A stretch of 64,000 nt of DNA, taken from contig JAFUMA010000124.1 of assembly GCA_017483025.1 (NCBI GenBank), forward strand, positions 2,486-66,485. Direction: 5' to 3'. Under the pieces are notes generated by a model. That model was not told where the DNA came from and made no database searches. It saw only the letters and a list, made by a program, of their open reading frames with translations. Made by a program: the position numbers and the translations under genes. Shown one piece after another: positions 18,967-28,728 of this stretch. Each line of letters starts with the position of its first letter. The stretch's first letter is position 1. This DNA is from Anaerotignum sp. Lineage in GTDB: Bacteria; Bacillota; Clostridia; Lachnospirales; Anaerotignaceae.

Positions 18967-19224
18967 AATATTACCTCCTTATCAAAATATAAAATTTTTT
19001 GTTGCAGTTCAGGAGATTATGTATAATAGCGCTATTCATTATGTTGAATTTTTTCAATATCCTGAATCTACACACACTATGTTAACATTCCGTAAAGATT
19101 TCGTCAATCCGCCATTTTGACAAAAAACTCTATGAAATATAGTATTTTTGGACAATTCTGCCATTGTGTTTTTTATCTTGTGCTCACAATTCAAAAATTT
19201 ATTCATAATTTTGAACAAAGCAAA

Positions 19225-19247
19225 AGAGACCTCCCAAGGAGGTCTCT
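19225..19247 (-). terminator. Intrinsic terminator after pyk
   Basis: AGAGACCTCC-caa-GGAGGTCTCT with a T-run on the minus strand. Confidence 0.75.
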
Positions 19248-19253
19248 CTATTT

Positions 19254-21011
19254 TTAATCTTCTTTTGGAATACCCTTGTAAACAAAGCCTTTTTCTGCAT
19301 CAACCGTGATCAGGGAATGGGCAGGAATAAAATCCACTACCTTGGCATTACATACGATGACGGGAATATCCAGCGCGCTGCCGGAAACTTCCGCATGGCT
19401 GTTCACGTTCTGATCCAGTGGTCCAACAACGATCGCCCCTGCCTTTCTGATATAGGGCATGAAACTGCTGTCAGTGGCCGTTGTTACCAGAATGTCCCCC
19501 TGATGAAAGGTACGTTCCACGCCGTCACGGGAGGTGATAACTCTGGCTGTGCCGCTGACTTTCTTTGTGCCAACGCCTTTCCCCTTGCAAAGGACATCGC
19601 CTACAATATCCACACGCAGGGTATTTGTAGCACCGCTGAAGCCCAGAGGCATGCCTAAAGCAGATACCACTGTATCGCCATTTTTCAAAAGCCCGCTGCT
19701 GATAGCAATCTTCAGAGCTGTGTCGAATACACCGCCCTTGGGCAGCTCTCCTGTATAGTGCATGGGCTTGCAGCCCCAGATCAGGTTCATCTGTCTCCAT
19801 ACTCTTTCGTCAGATGTGCTGGCGATCAGAGGACAGATAGGGCGATGTTTGGAAATCATTCTGGCTGTAAAGCCGGATCTTGTGATGGTGCTGATGGCTG
19901 CTGTGTTCAGCTCTGCCGCCGTGGCACAGGCTGCCATACTGATGGCATTGGTGATATTCACTCTGGCAGGTTCCGTGTTTACCATCTTTGTAGCATAATC
20001 CACGCCGCTTTCTGCTTTCACAGCAATACGCGCCATAGTTTCCACTGCTTCCAGAGGGTATGCGCCGGCTGCCGTTTCCCCTGAGAGCATGATGGCGTCG
20101 CTGCCATCAAAAATCGCATTGGCAACGTCATTGGCTTCCGCTCTTGTGGGGCGAGGGCTGTGTACCATGCTTTCCAGCATCTGTGTGGCTGTGATAACAG
20201 GCTTGCCGATGCGATTCGCCTTAGCGATCAGCATTTTCTGCACCAGAGGTACTTCTTCAGGGGGGATCTCCACGCCCAGGTCGCCTCTGGCAACCATGAT
20301 ACCGTCGGAAACCTCCAGGATCTTATCGATATTTTCTACCCCCTGCTGGTTTTCGATCTTGGAAATGATATGGATATTTCCGCCGCCGTTTTCCTCCAGC
20401 ACCTTGCGGATCTTCGCAACGTCCTCAGCGGAACGGATGAAGGATGCCGCTACGATATCAAAGCCATTTTCCACACCAAATTTCAAATCTTGGATATCTT
20501 TTTCCATCAGGGAAGGCAGATTCACCTTTACACCGGGCAGATTCACACCCTTACGGGATTTGACAATACCGCCGTTGATAACTTTACAGATTACGTCTGT
20601 TTCCGTGATATTTTCTACCTTCAACTCGATCAGACCATCGTCGATCAGCACGCGGGAGCCCCTGCGCAGATCCTTTGGCAGATCTTCATAGGTCACGGAA
20701 ACAATATTCTCATCCCCTTCCACCTCTCTTGTGGTCAGGGTAAATGTTGCATCCTCTTCCAGTCTTACTTTTTCTTCTTTGAATGTTTTTACACGAATTT
20801 CAGGGCCTTTTGTATCCAAAATCAGAGGGATAGGTGCATTTAATTCCTCTCTGGCCTGCTTCAATTTCGCAATGGTCTCTGCATGGCTTTCATAAGTCCC
20901 GTGAGAAAAGTTGACACGAGCGGCATCCATACCGTTTCGGATCAGCTGTTTCATAGTTTCCACATCGCTTGTGGCGGGACCCAGCGTGCAGACGATTTTC
21001 GTTCTACGCAT
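19254..21011 (-). CDS. pyk: Pyruvate kinase with a C-terminal PEP-utilizer-like domain
   Basis: 585 aa. MRRTKIVCTLGPA..., the MVARGDLGVEIP motif, and an extra ~110-aa C-terminal domain as in Bacillus/Geobacillus pyruvate kinases. Confidence 0.95.
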   Translation of the reverse strand: MRRTKIVCTLGPATSDVETMKQLIRNGMDAARVNFSHGTYESHAETIAKLKQAREELNAPIPLILDTKGPEIRVKTFKEEKVRLEEDATFTLTTREVEGDENIVSVTYEDLPKDLRRGSRVLIDDGLIELKVENITETDVICKVINGGIVKSRKGVNLPGVKVNLPSLMEKDIQDLKFGVENGFDIVAASFIRSAEDVAKIRKVLEENGGGNIHIISKIENQQGVENIDKILEVSDGIMVARGDLGVEIPPEEVPLVQKMLIAKANRIGKPVITATQMLESMVHSPRPTRAEANDVANAIFDGSDAIMLSGETAAGAYPLEAVETMARIAVKAESGVDYATKMVNTEPARVNITNAISMAACATAAELNTAAISTITRSGFTARMISKHRPICPLIASTSDERVWRQMNLIWGCKPMHYTGELPKGGVFDTALKIAISSGLLKNGDTVVSALGMPLGFSGATNTLRVDIVGDVLCKGKGVGTKKVSGTARVITSRDGVERTFHQGDILVTTATDSSFMPYIRKAGAIVVGPLDQNVNSHAEVSGSALDIPVIVCNAKVVDFIPAHSLITVDAEKGFVYKGIPKED

Positions 21012-21046
21012 ATTGCGTTACCTCCTCTTTTCTTCTGTAAATCAAA

Positions 21047-22039
21047 TCAGATAGACAGAATCTTGATTACATCATAGATCTCCTGATCCAGTGTTTTCTT
21101 CATTTCCATGGATTCAAACAGATCCAGTACTTCATACTCCCCTTTGTTGTATGCGATAACAACATTTTCTTTTCCTTCCAGGATGGATTTTACGGCATGA
21201 TAACCCATCATGGAAGCATGCATACGGTCAACAGCTGTAGGGCTGCCGCCTCTCTGCAGATGGCCCAGGATGGTTGCTCTGGTCTGGATACCTGTGATTT
21301 CCTGGATATCCTTTGCCAGTTTCTGTGTGCCGCCTACGCCTTCTGCCACTACTACTAGATTATGGCGTTTCCCGGTGCTTCTATTCTCCAGGATCTGCTG
21401 GATAACTTTGTTACTGTCGATGTTTTCTTTTTCTTCAGGGAACATAACTTCTTCTGCACCACCGCACATACCGCACCATACGGCGATATAGCCTGCATCT
21501 CTGCCCATAACTTCCACAACAGAACATCTTTCGTGGGAGTTGGATGTGTCACGCAGCTTATTCAGAGCATCCATACCGGTATTTACCGCTGTATCGAAAC
21601 CGATGGTATATTCTGTACCTTTCATATCCAGGTCGATGGTGGCAGGGATACCGATGCCGTTTACACCGCGTTTTGCCAGTTCCGCCAGACCACGGTAGGA
21701 ACCATCACCGCCGATGACAACCAGCGCATCCAGACCCAGGATCTTATAGATGGCAGCTGCTTTATTCACGCCTTCTTCTGTCATCATTTCAGGACAGCGT
21801 GCTGTATGCAGGATAGTGCCGCCTAGGTTCATTACGTTGGAAACATCCTTGCTGTGCATTTCCTTGATCTCGCCGCCGATCAGCCCTGCGTAACCCTTGC
21901 GGATGCCTACGACATCAACGCCATAGTATTTTGCTGTTCTGACAACGGCACGGATGGCCGCATTCATACCGGGGGCATCGCCACCGCTGGTCAGTACGCC
22001 GATTTTTTTGATTTTTTTGTCTTTGTTCAATTCTGTCAT
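21047..22039 (-). CDS. pfkA: ATP-dependent 6-phosphofructokinase
   Basis: IGVLTSGGDAPGMNAAIR, GGDGS, and the MGR...TILGHLQRGG motifs. Confidence 0.95.
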   Translation of the reverse strand: MTELNKDKKIKKIGVLTSGGDAPGMNAAIRAVVRTAKYYGVDVVGIRKGYAGLIGGEIKEMHSKDVSNVMNLGGTILHTARCPEMMTEEGVNKAAAIYKILGLDALVVIGGDGSYRGLAELAKRGVNGIGIPATIDLDMKGTEYTIGFDTAVNTGMDALNKLRDTSNSHERCSVVEVMGRDAGYIAVWCGMCGGAEEVMFPEEKENIDSNKVIQQILENRSTGKRHNLVVVAEGVGGTQKLAKDIQEITGIQTRATILGHLQRGGSPTAVDRMHASMMGYHAVKSILEGKENVVIAYNKGEYEVLDLFESMEMKKTLDQEIYDVIKILSI

Positions 22040-22098
22040 AATTTGAAATCCTCCTCAATTGTAAAAGCGTCCCAATATCCGCTTCCCAATAAAATTTC

Positions 22099-22347
22099 TT
22101 ATTTTTTCTCTACATCAATCTCTCCGGCACGGATCACACCGAACTGGGTGTATACTTCCGCATTGCCGCGGATCTTCATAGCAGAGGTATTGTCTGTAAA
22201 CTGGGCGATCAGCACTTCACCCTGATCCAGTTTTTCCGTATGGTGGATCTTTGTCACCTCGCCGCGGGTCACGCCGATGATGTTTACCCCTTTTTCCAAG
22301 GCTTTCACACAGATATAGGATGTATCTGTTCCAATCTTTTCAGCCAT
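22099..22347 (-). CDS. mtrB: TRAP-like protein (trp RNA-binding attenuation protein, MtrB family)
   Basis: 82 aa. The core [48 protein letters not shown] aligns almost residue-for-residue with my recollection of B. subtilis MtrB ([48 protein letters not shown]). GAGGAGG RBS. Confidence 0.75.
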   Translation of the reverse strand: [82 protein letters not shown]

Positions 22348-22359
22348 ACGAATTCCTCC

Positions 22360-25300
22360 TCAATATTTCAACGCAACGTTTTTTTCGCCAAGCAGAAGCC
22401 GCAGCTCCTCACAGAGTTCTTCTTCCCCTGTGACCCAGTTGGCACGGTCTGCCTTCATTTTCTGTTTTGTTTTTTCATCATAGATATATACAGGGATACT
22501 CCCGTGATATTTTCCCAAGATCGCCGTAATCTGCCCGAAAGGCACTTTCTGCCCTGCGGTCAGCTTCAGCCAGACGGATTTTGGCGGCTCTTTTTCCCCC
22601 AGCACCAAAGGCTTCATTTCCTGGGCAATGACTTTGCCTTCCCCATCGGCAGAAACATTGGCTCTGCCCTTTATGAGAAGGACTTCATCCTCCTTCAGGA
22701 AAGAGGCGCATTTTTCATAGACCTTGGGGAAAATGACAATCTCCATGCTGCCCTGGAAATCTTCCAGCGTTACAAATGCCATCTTATCATTGTTTCTGGT
22801 ATATTTCACAGAAATGGCCGCCACCATACCACCAACAATGACCTTGGTTTCTTCTTCCACCTGCAGGCGATCTTCGCCCTCTTCGGGAGGGATAAAATCC
22901 AAGCTGCTGTGGCTGATTTTCCTTCTCAGCTGGTCTTCATATTCCGCCAGAGGATGGCCGCTGACATAAATGCCCAGCACCTCTTTTTCCATAGCCAGTT
23001 TTTCTCTGGGCGGATATTCAGGGATAGGCGGCAGTTCGTCCTGCTGCTGGAAGGCTTCGTCTCCGCCTCCCATATCGAACAGGTTCAGCTGGCCTTCGAT
23101 ATTATTTTTTCTGGACTGAATGATGCCGTCGATAACGCCTTTGTAGGCCACCATATACTGGCTGCGGAAGCCGCCCAGGCTGTCCATGGCGCCCCCTTTG
23201 ATCAGACCCTCGATGCCGCGTTTGTTCCATTCCCCGCCTTCCATGCGGCTGCAGAAATCCGTCAGGGAAGTGAAGGGGCCATTCTTTTCTCTTTCAGAAA
23301 CCAGCGCATCCACCGCGCCCTTGCCGACGTTTTTGATCGCCGCCAGTGCAAAACGGATCTTGCCGTCAGACACAGAGAACTGCCTGTAGCCCTCGTTGAT
23401 ATCGGGGGGCAAAAGCTGGATACCCATCTTTTTACATTCTTCCACATAGCCGGAAACCTTCGTGGCATTATCCATGACGCTGGTCATCAGCGCTGCCATG
23501 AATTCCACGGGATAATGAGCTTTCAGCCATGCTGTCTGATAGCCAACCACCGCATAGCAGGCCGCATGGCTCTTATTGAACGCGTATTTTGCGAAGTCTG
23601 TCATTTCATCGAAGATGGTCTCCGCCGCTTCTGCAGGGATGCCGTTCTTCACACAACCGGGCACTTCATCCCCATCGCCGTAGATGAATTTTTCCCGTTC
23701 TTCCGCCATGACGGAAGCCTTTTTCTTACTCATGGCACGGCGCACCAGGTCGCTTCGGCCAAGGCTGTAGCCCGCCAGATCTCGTACGATCTGCATAACC
23801 TGTTCCTGATACACGATACAGCCGTAGGTGTTTTCCAGGATAGGCTCCAGTTTCGGATGGGTATACTGTACGTTGCCGCCGGCATTTTTCCCCTTGATAT
23901 ATTTGGGGATGAAATCCATGGGGCCGGGACGATACAGGGCGATACCGGCGATCATATCTTCCAGACATCTGGGCTGCAGTTCCTTCATGAACTGCTTCAT
24001 GCCGCCGCTTTCCAGCTGGAACACGCCTTCCGTTTTCCCCTGACAGATCATATCGTAGACCGCAGGGTCATTTTCAGGCAGGTTATCCATATCCAGCTTC
24101 ACGCCATGGATACGTTCGATTTCCTGCACCGCAGACTGGATAACAGTCAGGGTTCTCAAACCAAGGAAATCCATTTTCAGGAGCCCCAGTTCTTCCAGCA
24201 AAGTCATGGTATACTGGGTATTGACCTGCCCGTCATTGGCACGGAGGGGCACATATTCCATAACAGGCTCACGGCAGATAACAACGCCCGCCGCATGGGT
24301 GGAAGAATGTCGAGGCAAGCCTTCCAGACGAAGGGATGTATCGATGAGGCGCTTCGTATCCTCTTCCTCCTCATAAGCCTTTCTTAAATCAGGGTTCATT
24401 TTCAGGGCTTTTTCAATGGTGATGCCCAACTCCGTAGGAATCATTTTGGAAATGCGGTCTACATCCGCATAAGGCATCGCCAGAGCGCGGCCAACGTCCT
24501 TGATGGCCGCCCTTGCCGCCATGGTACCGAATGTGATGATCTGGGCTACGTTGGCTTCGCCGTATTTTCGAATTACATAGTCGATGACTTCCTGTCTTCT
24601 TTCGTAGCAGAAGTCGATGTCGATATCAGGCATGCTGACACGTTCCGGGTTCAGGAAACGTTCGAAGATCAGGTCATATTTCAAAGGATCGATGGTCGTG
24701 ATGGAAAGGCAGTAGGAAACCATACTGCCCGCCGCAGAGCCACGGCCGGGGCCAACGATGATACCGTTATCTTTTGCATATTTAATAAAATCCCAAACGA
24801 TGAGGAAATAATCCACATAGCCCATGTTTTCGATGGTGGAAAGTTCATATTCCAGACGATCTTTCCATTCTTCCTTGGGTTCAGGATATTTTTCTTTGAA
24901 GCCTTTATAGCAAATTTCTCTTAAATATTCCTTTGCTGTTTTGCCGTCAGGCACGTCAAAACGAGGCAATTTCAAATCGTGGAAGGTGAATGTCACATTA
25001 CAGCGTTCCGCGATCTTTGCCGTATTTTCGCAGGCTTCAGGGGCATAGGAGAAAAGATCATACATCTCCTCTGGGCTTTTCACATAGAACTGCCCCCCCT
25101 CATAGCGCATGCGGTCTTCGTCCAGAATGGTCTTGCCTGTCTGGATACAAAGCAGGATATCGTGGGGGTCTGCGTCCTCTTTATAGATATAATGGCTGTC
25201 ATTGGTGCAGATGAGAGGAATGCCTGTTTCCTTGCTCAGCTTTACCAATGCCTGATTGACCACTTTCTGCTCTCGCATACCATGGTCCTGCAATTCCAGA

Positions 25301-25824
25301 AAGTAATTGCCTTCGCCGAAGATTTCCAGATGCTCCAGGGCCGCTTCCTTCGCCTTTTCGTAGGAAACATTCAGAATATTTCTGGGGACTTCCCCTGCAA
25401 GGCAGGCACTGGAAGCGATGAGCCCTTTACTATATTTCCGCAAAAGTTCCTTATCCACACGGGGTTTGTAATAAAAGCCTTCCGTGAAGCCATAGGAAAC
25501 CAGTTTGATCAGATTCTGATAGCCCTCGTTATTTTCTGCCAGAAGCACCAGATGATAATATCCGCCGCCCTTGCCTTCTTTTTTGAAACGAGAACCTTCC
25601 GCCACATAGACCTCACAACCGATGATAGGTTTGATGCCTGCATCCAGCGCCGCTTTGTAAAACTCAACAGCACCATACATGGCGCCATGGTCCGTGATAG
25701 CAATGCTGTCCATCCCCAGCTCCTTAACCCGTTGCACCAGTTCCTTGATTTTTGCAGAACCGTCTAGCAGGCTATATTCTGTATGGACATGAAGATGCGT
25801 AAATGGTCTGATTTCCATATTCAT
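22360..25824 (-). CDS. dnaE: DNA polymerase III alpha subunit (DnaE type)
   Basis: PHP domain (FTHLHVHTEYSLLDG), pol III alpha core and an OB fold. Start taken at MNMEIRPF (GGAG 9 nt upstream). Confidence 0.95.
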   Translation of the reverse strand: MNMEIRPFTHLHVHTEYSLLDGSAKIKELVQRVKELGMDSIAITDHGAMYGAVEFYKAALDAGIKPIIGCEVYVAEGSRFKKEGKGGGYYHLVLLAENNEGYQNLIKLVSYGFTEGFYYKPRVDKELLRKYSKGLIASSACLAGEVPRNILNVSYEKAKEAALEHLEIFGEGNYFLELQDHGMREQKVVNQALVKLSKETGIPLICTNDSHYIYKEDADPHDILLCIQTGKTILDEDRMRYEGGQFYVKSPEEMYDLFSYAPEACENTAKIAERCNVTFTFHDLKLPRFDVPDGKTAKEYLREICYKGFKEKYPEPKEEWKDRLEYELSTIENMGYVDYFLIVWDFIKYAKDNGIIVGPGRGSAAGSMVSYCLSITTIDPLKYDLIFERFLNPERVSMPDIDIDFCYERRQEVIDYVIRKYGEANVAQIITFGTMAARAAIKDVGRALAMPYADVDRISKMIPTELGITIEKALKMNPDLRKAYEEEEDTKRLIDTSLRLEGLPRHSSTHAAGVVICREPVMEYVPLRANDGQVNTQYTMTLLEELGLLKMDFLGLRTLTVIQSAVQEIERIHGVKLDMDNLPENDPAVYDMICQGKTEGVFQLESGGMKQFMKELQPRCLEDMIAGIALYRPGPMDFIPKYIKGKNAGGNVQYTHPKLEPILENTYGCIVYQEQVMQIVRDLAGYSLGRSDLVRRAMSKKKASVMAEEREKFIYGDGDEVPGCVKNGIPAEAAETIFDEMTDFAKYAFNKSHAACYAVVGYQTAWLKAHYPVEFMAALMTSVMDNATKVSGYVEECKKMGIQLLPPDINEGYRQFSVSDGKIRFALAAIKNVGKGAVDALVSEREKNGPFTSLTDFCSRMEGGEWNKRGIEGLIKGGAMDSLGGFRSQYMVAYKGVIDGIIQSRKNNIEGQLNLFDMGGGDEAFQQQDELPPIPEYPPREKLAMEKEVLGIYVSGHPLAEYEDQLRRKISHSSLDFIPPEEGEDRLQVEEETKVIVGGMVAAISVKYTRNNDKMAFVTLEDFQGSMEIVIFPKVYEKCASFLKEDEVLLIKGRANVSADGEGKVIAQEMKPLVLGEKEPPKSVWLKLTAGQKVPFGQITAILGKYHGSIPVYIYDEKTKQKMKADRANWVTGEEELCEELRLLLGEKNVALKY

Positions 25825-26084
25825 TTCATCATTCTCCAATTTACGCACCTCCCTTATATACTAAAATTTCCTCTTTTTCAATATATACCAGTATATCATA
25901 ATTTCTTTTCCCACAAAATATAATCGTCTCAAAAACCCCCTTCCAAAACAGAGAATGATTTTTTGAAAATTGCATTTTTTTCAGCAAAACGCATAAAAAA
26001 CAGCCATTTTTAGTCCCATATGGTCAGTTTTTGTCCCACAGTGTAGAGCATGCCACCCTCACGGTATAAATTGCCACGAAATGG

Positions 26085-26112
26085 TTGACAAAATCTTTTG
26101 GAATGCTATAAT
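26085..26112 (+). promoter_or_regulatory. Sigma-A promoter of the T-box leader
   Basis: TTGACA, a 16-nt spacer, then (TGc)TATAAT. Confidence 0.6.
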
Positions 26113-26119
26113 TATTTTC

Positions 26120-26400
26120 AACAACTTCATAACTAAAAGCAATGACGAAGAGGGCTGAGTGCCTGCGTTTTCAGAGAGTCGGCGGTTGCTGCGAGCCGAT
26201 AACAATTTCACTCAATAGCCTATGGCTTCCGAGCTGGAGGTTCGAAAGTGCATCTGCACCGGTAGGCTCCTCCCGTGCCTGCTACGTAAAAGCATAGGGC
26301 TTGTTGGAGCCCGAAGAGGTGGCATATTTTTCAAATATGCAATTTGAGTGGTACCGCGGTTAATATCCGTCTCAAAGGTTTCTTTGAGGCGGTTTTTTTC
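26120..26400 (+). promoter_or_regulatory. T-box riboswitch leader with a probable AUG (Met) specifier
   Basis: AGAGAG box at about 26173. Stem I arms GGCTGAGTG and CACTCAATAGCC. Specifier loop tATGg at 26222-26224. Conserved T-box sequence AATTTGAGTGGTACCGCGG at 26341-26359. Terminator CCGTCTCAAAG-gttt-CTTTGAGGCGG plus T7 at 26367-26399. Confidence 0.8.
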
Positions 26401-26455
26401 TATAAAAAACACGAATCCAATTCAAACAAAGCATTACATTCAAGGAGGCACAATC

Positions 26456-27742
26456 ATGAGCAACTACCGTATCGAAACCAAATGTGTACAGGGCGGCTAT
26501 ACACCCGGAAATGGCGAACCCAGACAGATCCCCATTTATCAGAGCACAACATTTAAATACAGCACCAGCGAAGACATGGGCAAACTTTTCGACCTGGAAG
26601 CAGAAGGTTATTTCTACTCCAGACTGCAGAACCCCACATGCGACTGTGTAGCTGCTAAGATTTGCCAGCTGGAAGGCGGCACAGCTGCTATGCTGACATC
26701 TTCCGGTCAGGCTGCAAACTTCTATGCAATGTTCAATATCGCAAACTGCGGCGACCATGTCGTGGCTTCTTCTACCATTTACGGCGGTACATTCAACCTG
26801 TTTTCCGTAACAATGAAAAAAATGGGCGTTGACTTTACATTTGTAGCGCCCGACTGCTCCGATGAAGAACTGGCAGCCGCTTTTAAGCCCAATACAAAAG
26901 CAGTATTTGGCGAAAGCATTGCAAACCCTTCTCTGACAGTTCTGGATATCGAACGTTTCGCAAAAGCAGCTCACGAACATGGCGTTCATCTGATCGTAGA
27001 CAACACATTCGCAACACCCATCAACTGCAGACCTTTTGAATGGGGCGCTGATATTGTTACACATTCCACAACAAAATACATGGATGGCCACGGCGCTGCA
27101 GTCGGCGGCTGCATCGTTGACAGCGGCAACTTCGACTGGATGGCACATGCAGATAAGTTCCCCGGTCTCTGCACTCCCGACGACAGCTACCACGGCATTA
27201 CATACGCTGAAAAATTCGGCAAAGAAGGCGCATTCATCACAAAAGCAACAGCACAGCTGATGCGCGACTTCGGCTCCACTCCTTCTCCCCAGTCTGCATT
27301 CATCCTGAATCTGGGCCTGGAAAGCCTGCACGTTCGTGTTCCCCGCCATTGCGAAAACGGCCTGGCAGTTGCAAAATATCTGCAGGCTCACGATCAGATC
27401 GAATGGGTTACATACCCCGGTCTGGAAGGCGACAAATATTATGAAGTAGCTAAAAAATACATGCCCAACGGCACATGCGGTGTAGTAAGCTTTGGCGTAA
27501 AAGGCGGCAGAAAAGCAGCAGAAGCTTTCATGGGCCACCTGAAAACAGCCGCTATCGAAACACACGTTGCCGACGCAAGAACATGCTGCCTGCACCCTGC
27601 AAGCTCCACACACAGACAGATGAACGACGCGGAACTGGCCGCTGCCGGCGTTCCCGGCGATATGGTTCGCCTATCCTGCGGTCTGGAAAGCGCTCAGGAT
27701 CTGATCGATGATATTGCTCAGGCTCTGGAAGCAATCAAGTAA
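26456..27742 (+). CDS. metY: O-acetylhomoserine sulfhydrylase/aminocarboxypropyltransferase (PLP, Cys/Met metabolism family)
   Basis: MSNYRIETKCVQGGY..., and a PLP lysine motif STTKYMDGHG. AGGAGG RBS. The N-terminal extension in the ORF track overlaps the T-box and is rejected. Confidence 0.85.
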   Translation: MSNYRIETKCVQGGYTPGNGEPRQIPIYQSTTFKYSTSEDMGKLFDLEAEGYFYSRLQNPTCDCVAAKICQLEGGTAAMLTSSGQAANFYAMFNIANCGDHVVASSTIYGGTFNLFSVTMKKMGVDFTFVAPDCSDEELAAAFKPNTKAVFGESIANPSLTVLDIERFAKAAHEHGVHLIVDNTFATPINCRPFEWGADIVTHSTTKYMDGHGAAVGGCIVDSGNFDWMAHADKFPGLCTPDDSYHGITYAEKFGKEGAFITKATAQLMRDFGSTPSPQSAFILNLGLESLHVRVPRHCENGLAVAKYLQAHDQIEWVTYPGLEGDKYYEVAKKYMPNGTCGVVSFGVKGGRKAAEAFMGHLKTAAIETHVADARTCCLHPASSTHRQMNDAELAAAGVPGDMVRLSCGLESAQDLIDDIAQALEAIK

Positions 27743-27766
27743 GTAAAAGAAACGGAGGACATGCCA

Positions 27767-28693
27767 ATGCCCATTAAAATCCCCAACGAATTACCCGCAG
27801 CCAAAGTGCTGACCGACGAAAATATCTTTATCATGACGGAGACCCGCGCGCTGACCCAGGATATCCGCCCTCTGAAAATCCTGCTGCTGAACCTGATGCC
27901 CACAAAGATTGACACGGAAACACAGCTTTCCCGCCTGCTGGGCAATACAGCACTGCAGATCGAACTGGAATTCATCCATACAAAAAGCCATGAGTCCAAA
28001 AATACACCCGAAGACCACCTGATCTCCTTTTACAAAACCTTTGATGAAGTAAGAGACAAAAACTGGGACGGCCTCATCATCACAGGCGCCCCCGTAGAAC
28101 AGATGCCTTTCGAAGAAGTAGAATATTGGGGGGAACTGGTAGAAATCATGGAATGGAGCAAGACCCATGTACACAGCACCTTCCACATCTGCTGGGGCGC
28201 TCAGGCAGGTCTGTATTACCACTACGGCATCCAGAAACAACAGATGGATGCAAAAATGTTCGGTGTATTCCCTCACAAACTGGATAAGAAAAAATCTATC
28301 CTATTCCGCGGCTCCGATGACATTTTCTATGTACCCCACTCCAGACATACAACTGTGCTGAGAGAAGACATCGAAAAAGAACCCAGACTGAAGATCATCG
28401 CTTCCTCCGAAGAAGCTGGCGTTTATGCGATCCATAACGATGGCGGCAGCCAGGTATTCATTATGGGCCATTCCGAATACGATCCCCGCACATTGGAAAA
28501 AGAATACCTGCGCGATAAAAATGCAGGTCTGGAAATCGCAGTGCCTAAAAACTACTACCCCAACGATGATGACACACAGGAACCTCTGGTAACATGGAGA
28601 GCCCATGCAAACCTTCTCTACTCCAACTGGCTGAACTACTTCGTATACCAGACTTCTCCTTATGACATCACACAGATCAGTAAAGATCAGTAA
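27767..28693 (+). CDS. metA: Homoserine O-acyltransferase (MetA family)
   Basis: [11 protein letters not shown]...[13 protein letters not shown]...HICWGAQ, the MetA signature. Start taken at the second ATG (GGAGG 8 nt upstream). Confidence 0.9.
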   Translation: MPIKIPNELPAAKVLTDENIFIMTETRALTQDIRPLKILLLNLMPTKIDTETQLSRLLGNTALQIELEFIHTKSHESKNTPEDHLISFYKTFDEVRDKNWDGLIITGAPVEQMPFEEVEYWGELVEIMEWSKTHVHSTFHICWGAQAGLYYHYGIQKQQMDAKMFGVFPHKLDKKKSILFRGSDDIFYVPHSRHTTVLREDIEKEPRLKIIASSEEAGVYAIHNDGGSQVFIMGHSEYDPRTLEKEYLRDKNAGLEIAVPKNYYPNDDDTQEPLVTWRAHANLLYSNWLNYFVYQTSPYDITQISKDQ

Positions 28694-28701
28694 AATGAAC
28701 A

Positions 28702-28725
28702 AGAGCCTTGCAAATGCAAGGCTCT
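28702..28725. terminator. Bidirectional terminator between metA and barstar
   Basis: AGAGCCTTGCA-aa-TGCAAGGCTCT. Confidence 0.7.
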
Positions 28726-28728
28726 TTC

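Noticed and set aside
22040-22098. I looked for TRAP-type (G/U)AG triplet arrays in the leaders next to mtrB and elsewhere in the window.
   Set aside because: No run of regularly spaced GAG/UAG triplets is visible, so the TRAP targets presumably lie outside this window.
26236-26250. GGAGGTTCGAAAG, which resembles a tRNA T-loop.
   Set aside because: It lies inside the T-box leader (Stem II/III region), and no cloverleaf can be built around it. I found no tRNA genes in the window.
26348-26455. N-terminal 36-codon extension of the metY ORF in the ORF track.
   Set aside because: The extension runs through the T-box terminator. The AGGAGG RBS and the conserved MSNYRIE... N-terminus support the ATG at 26456.
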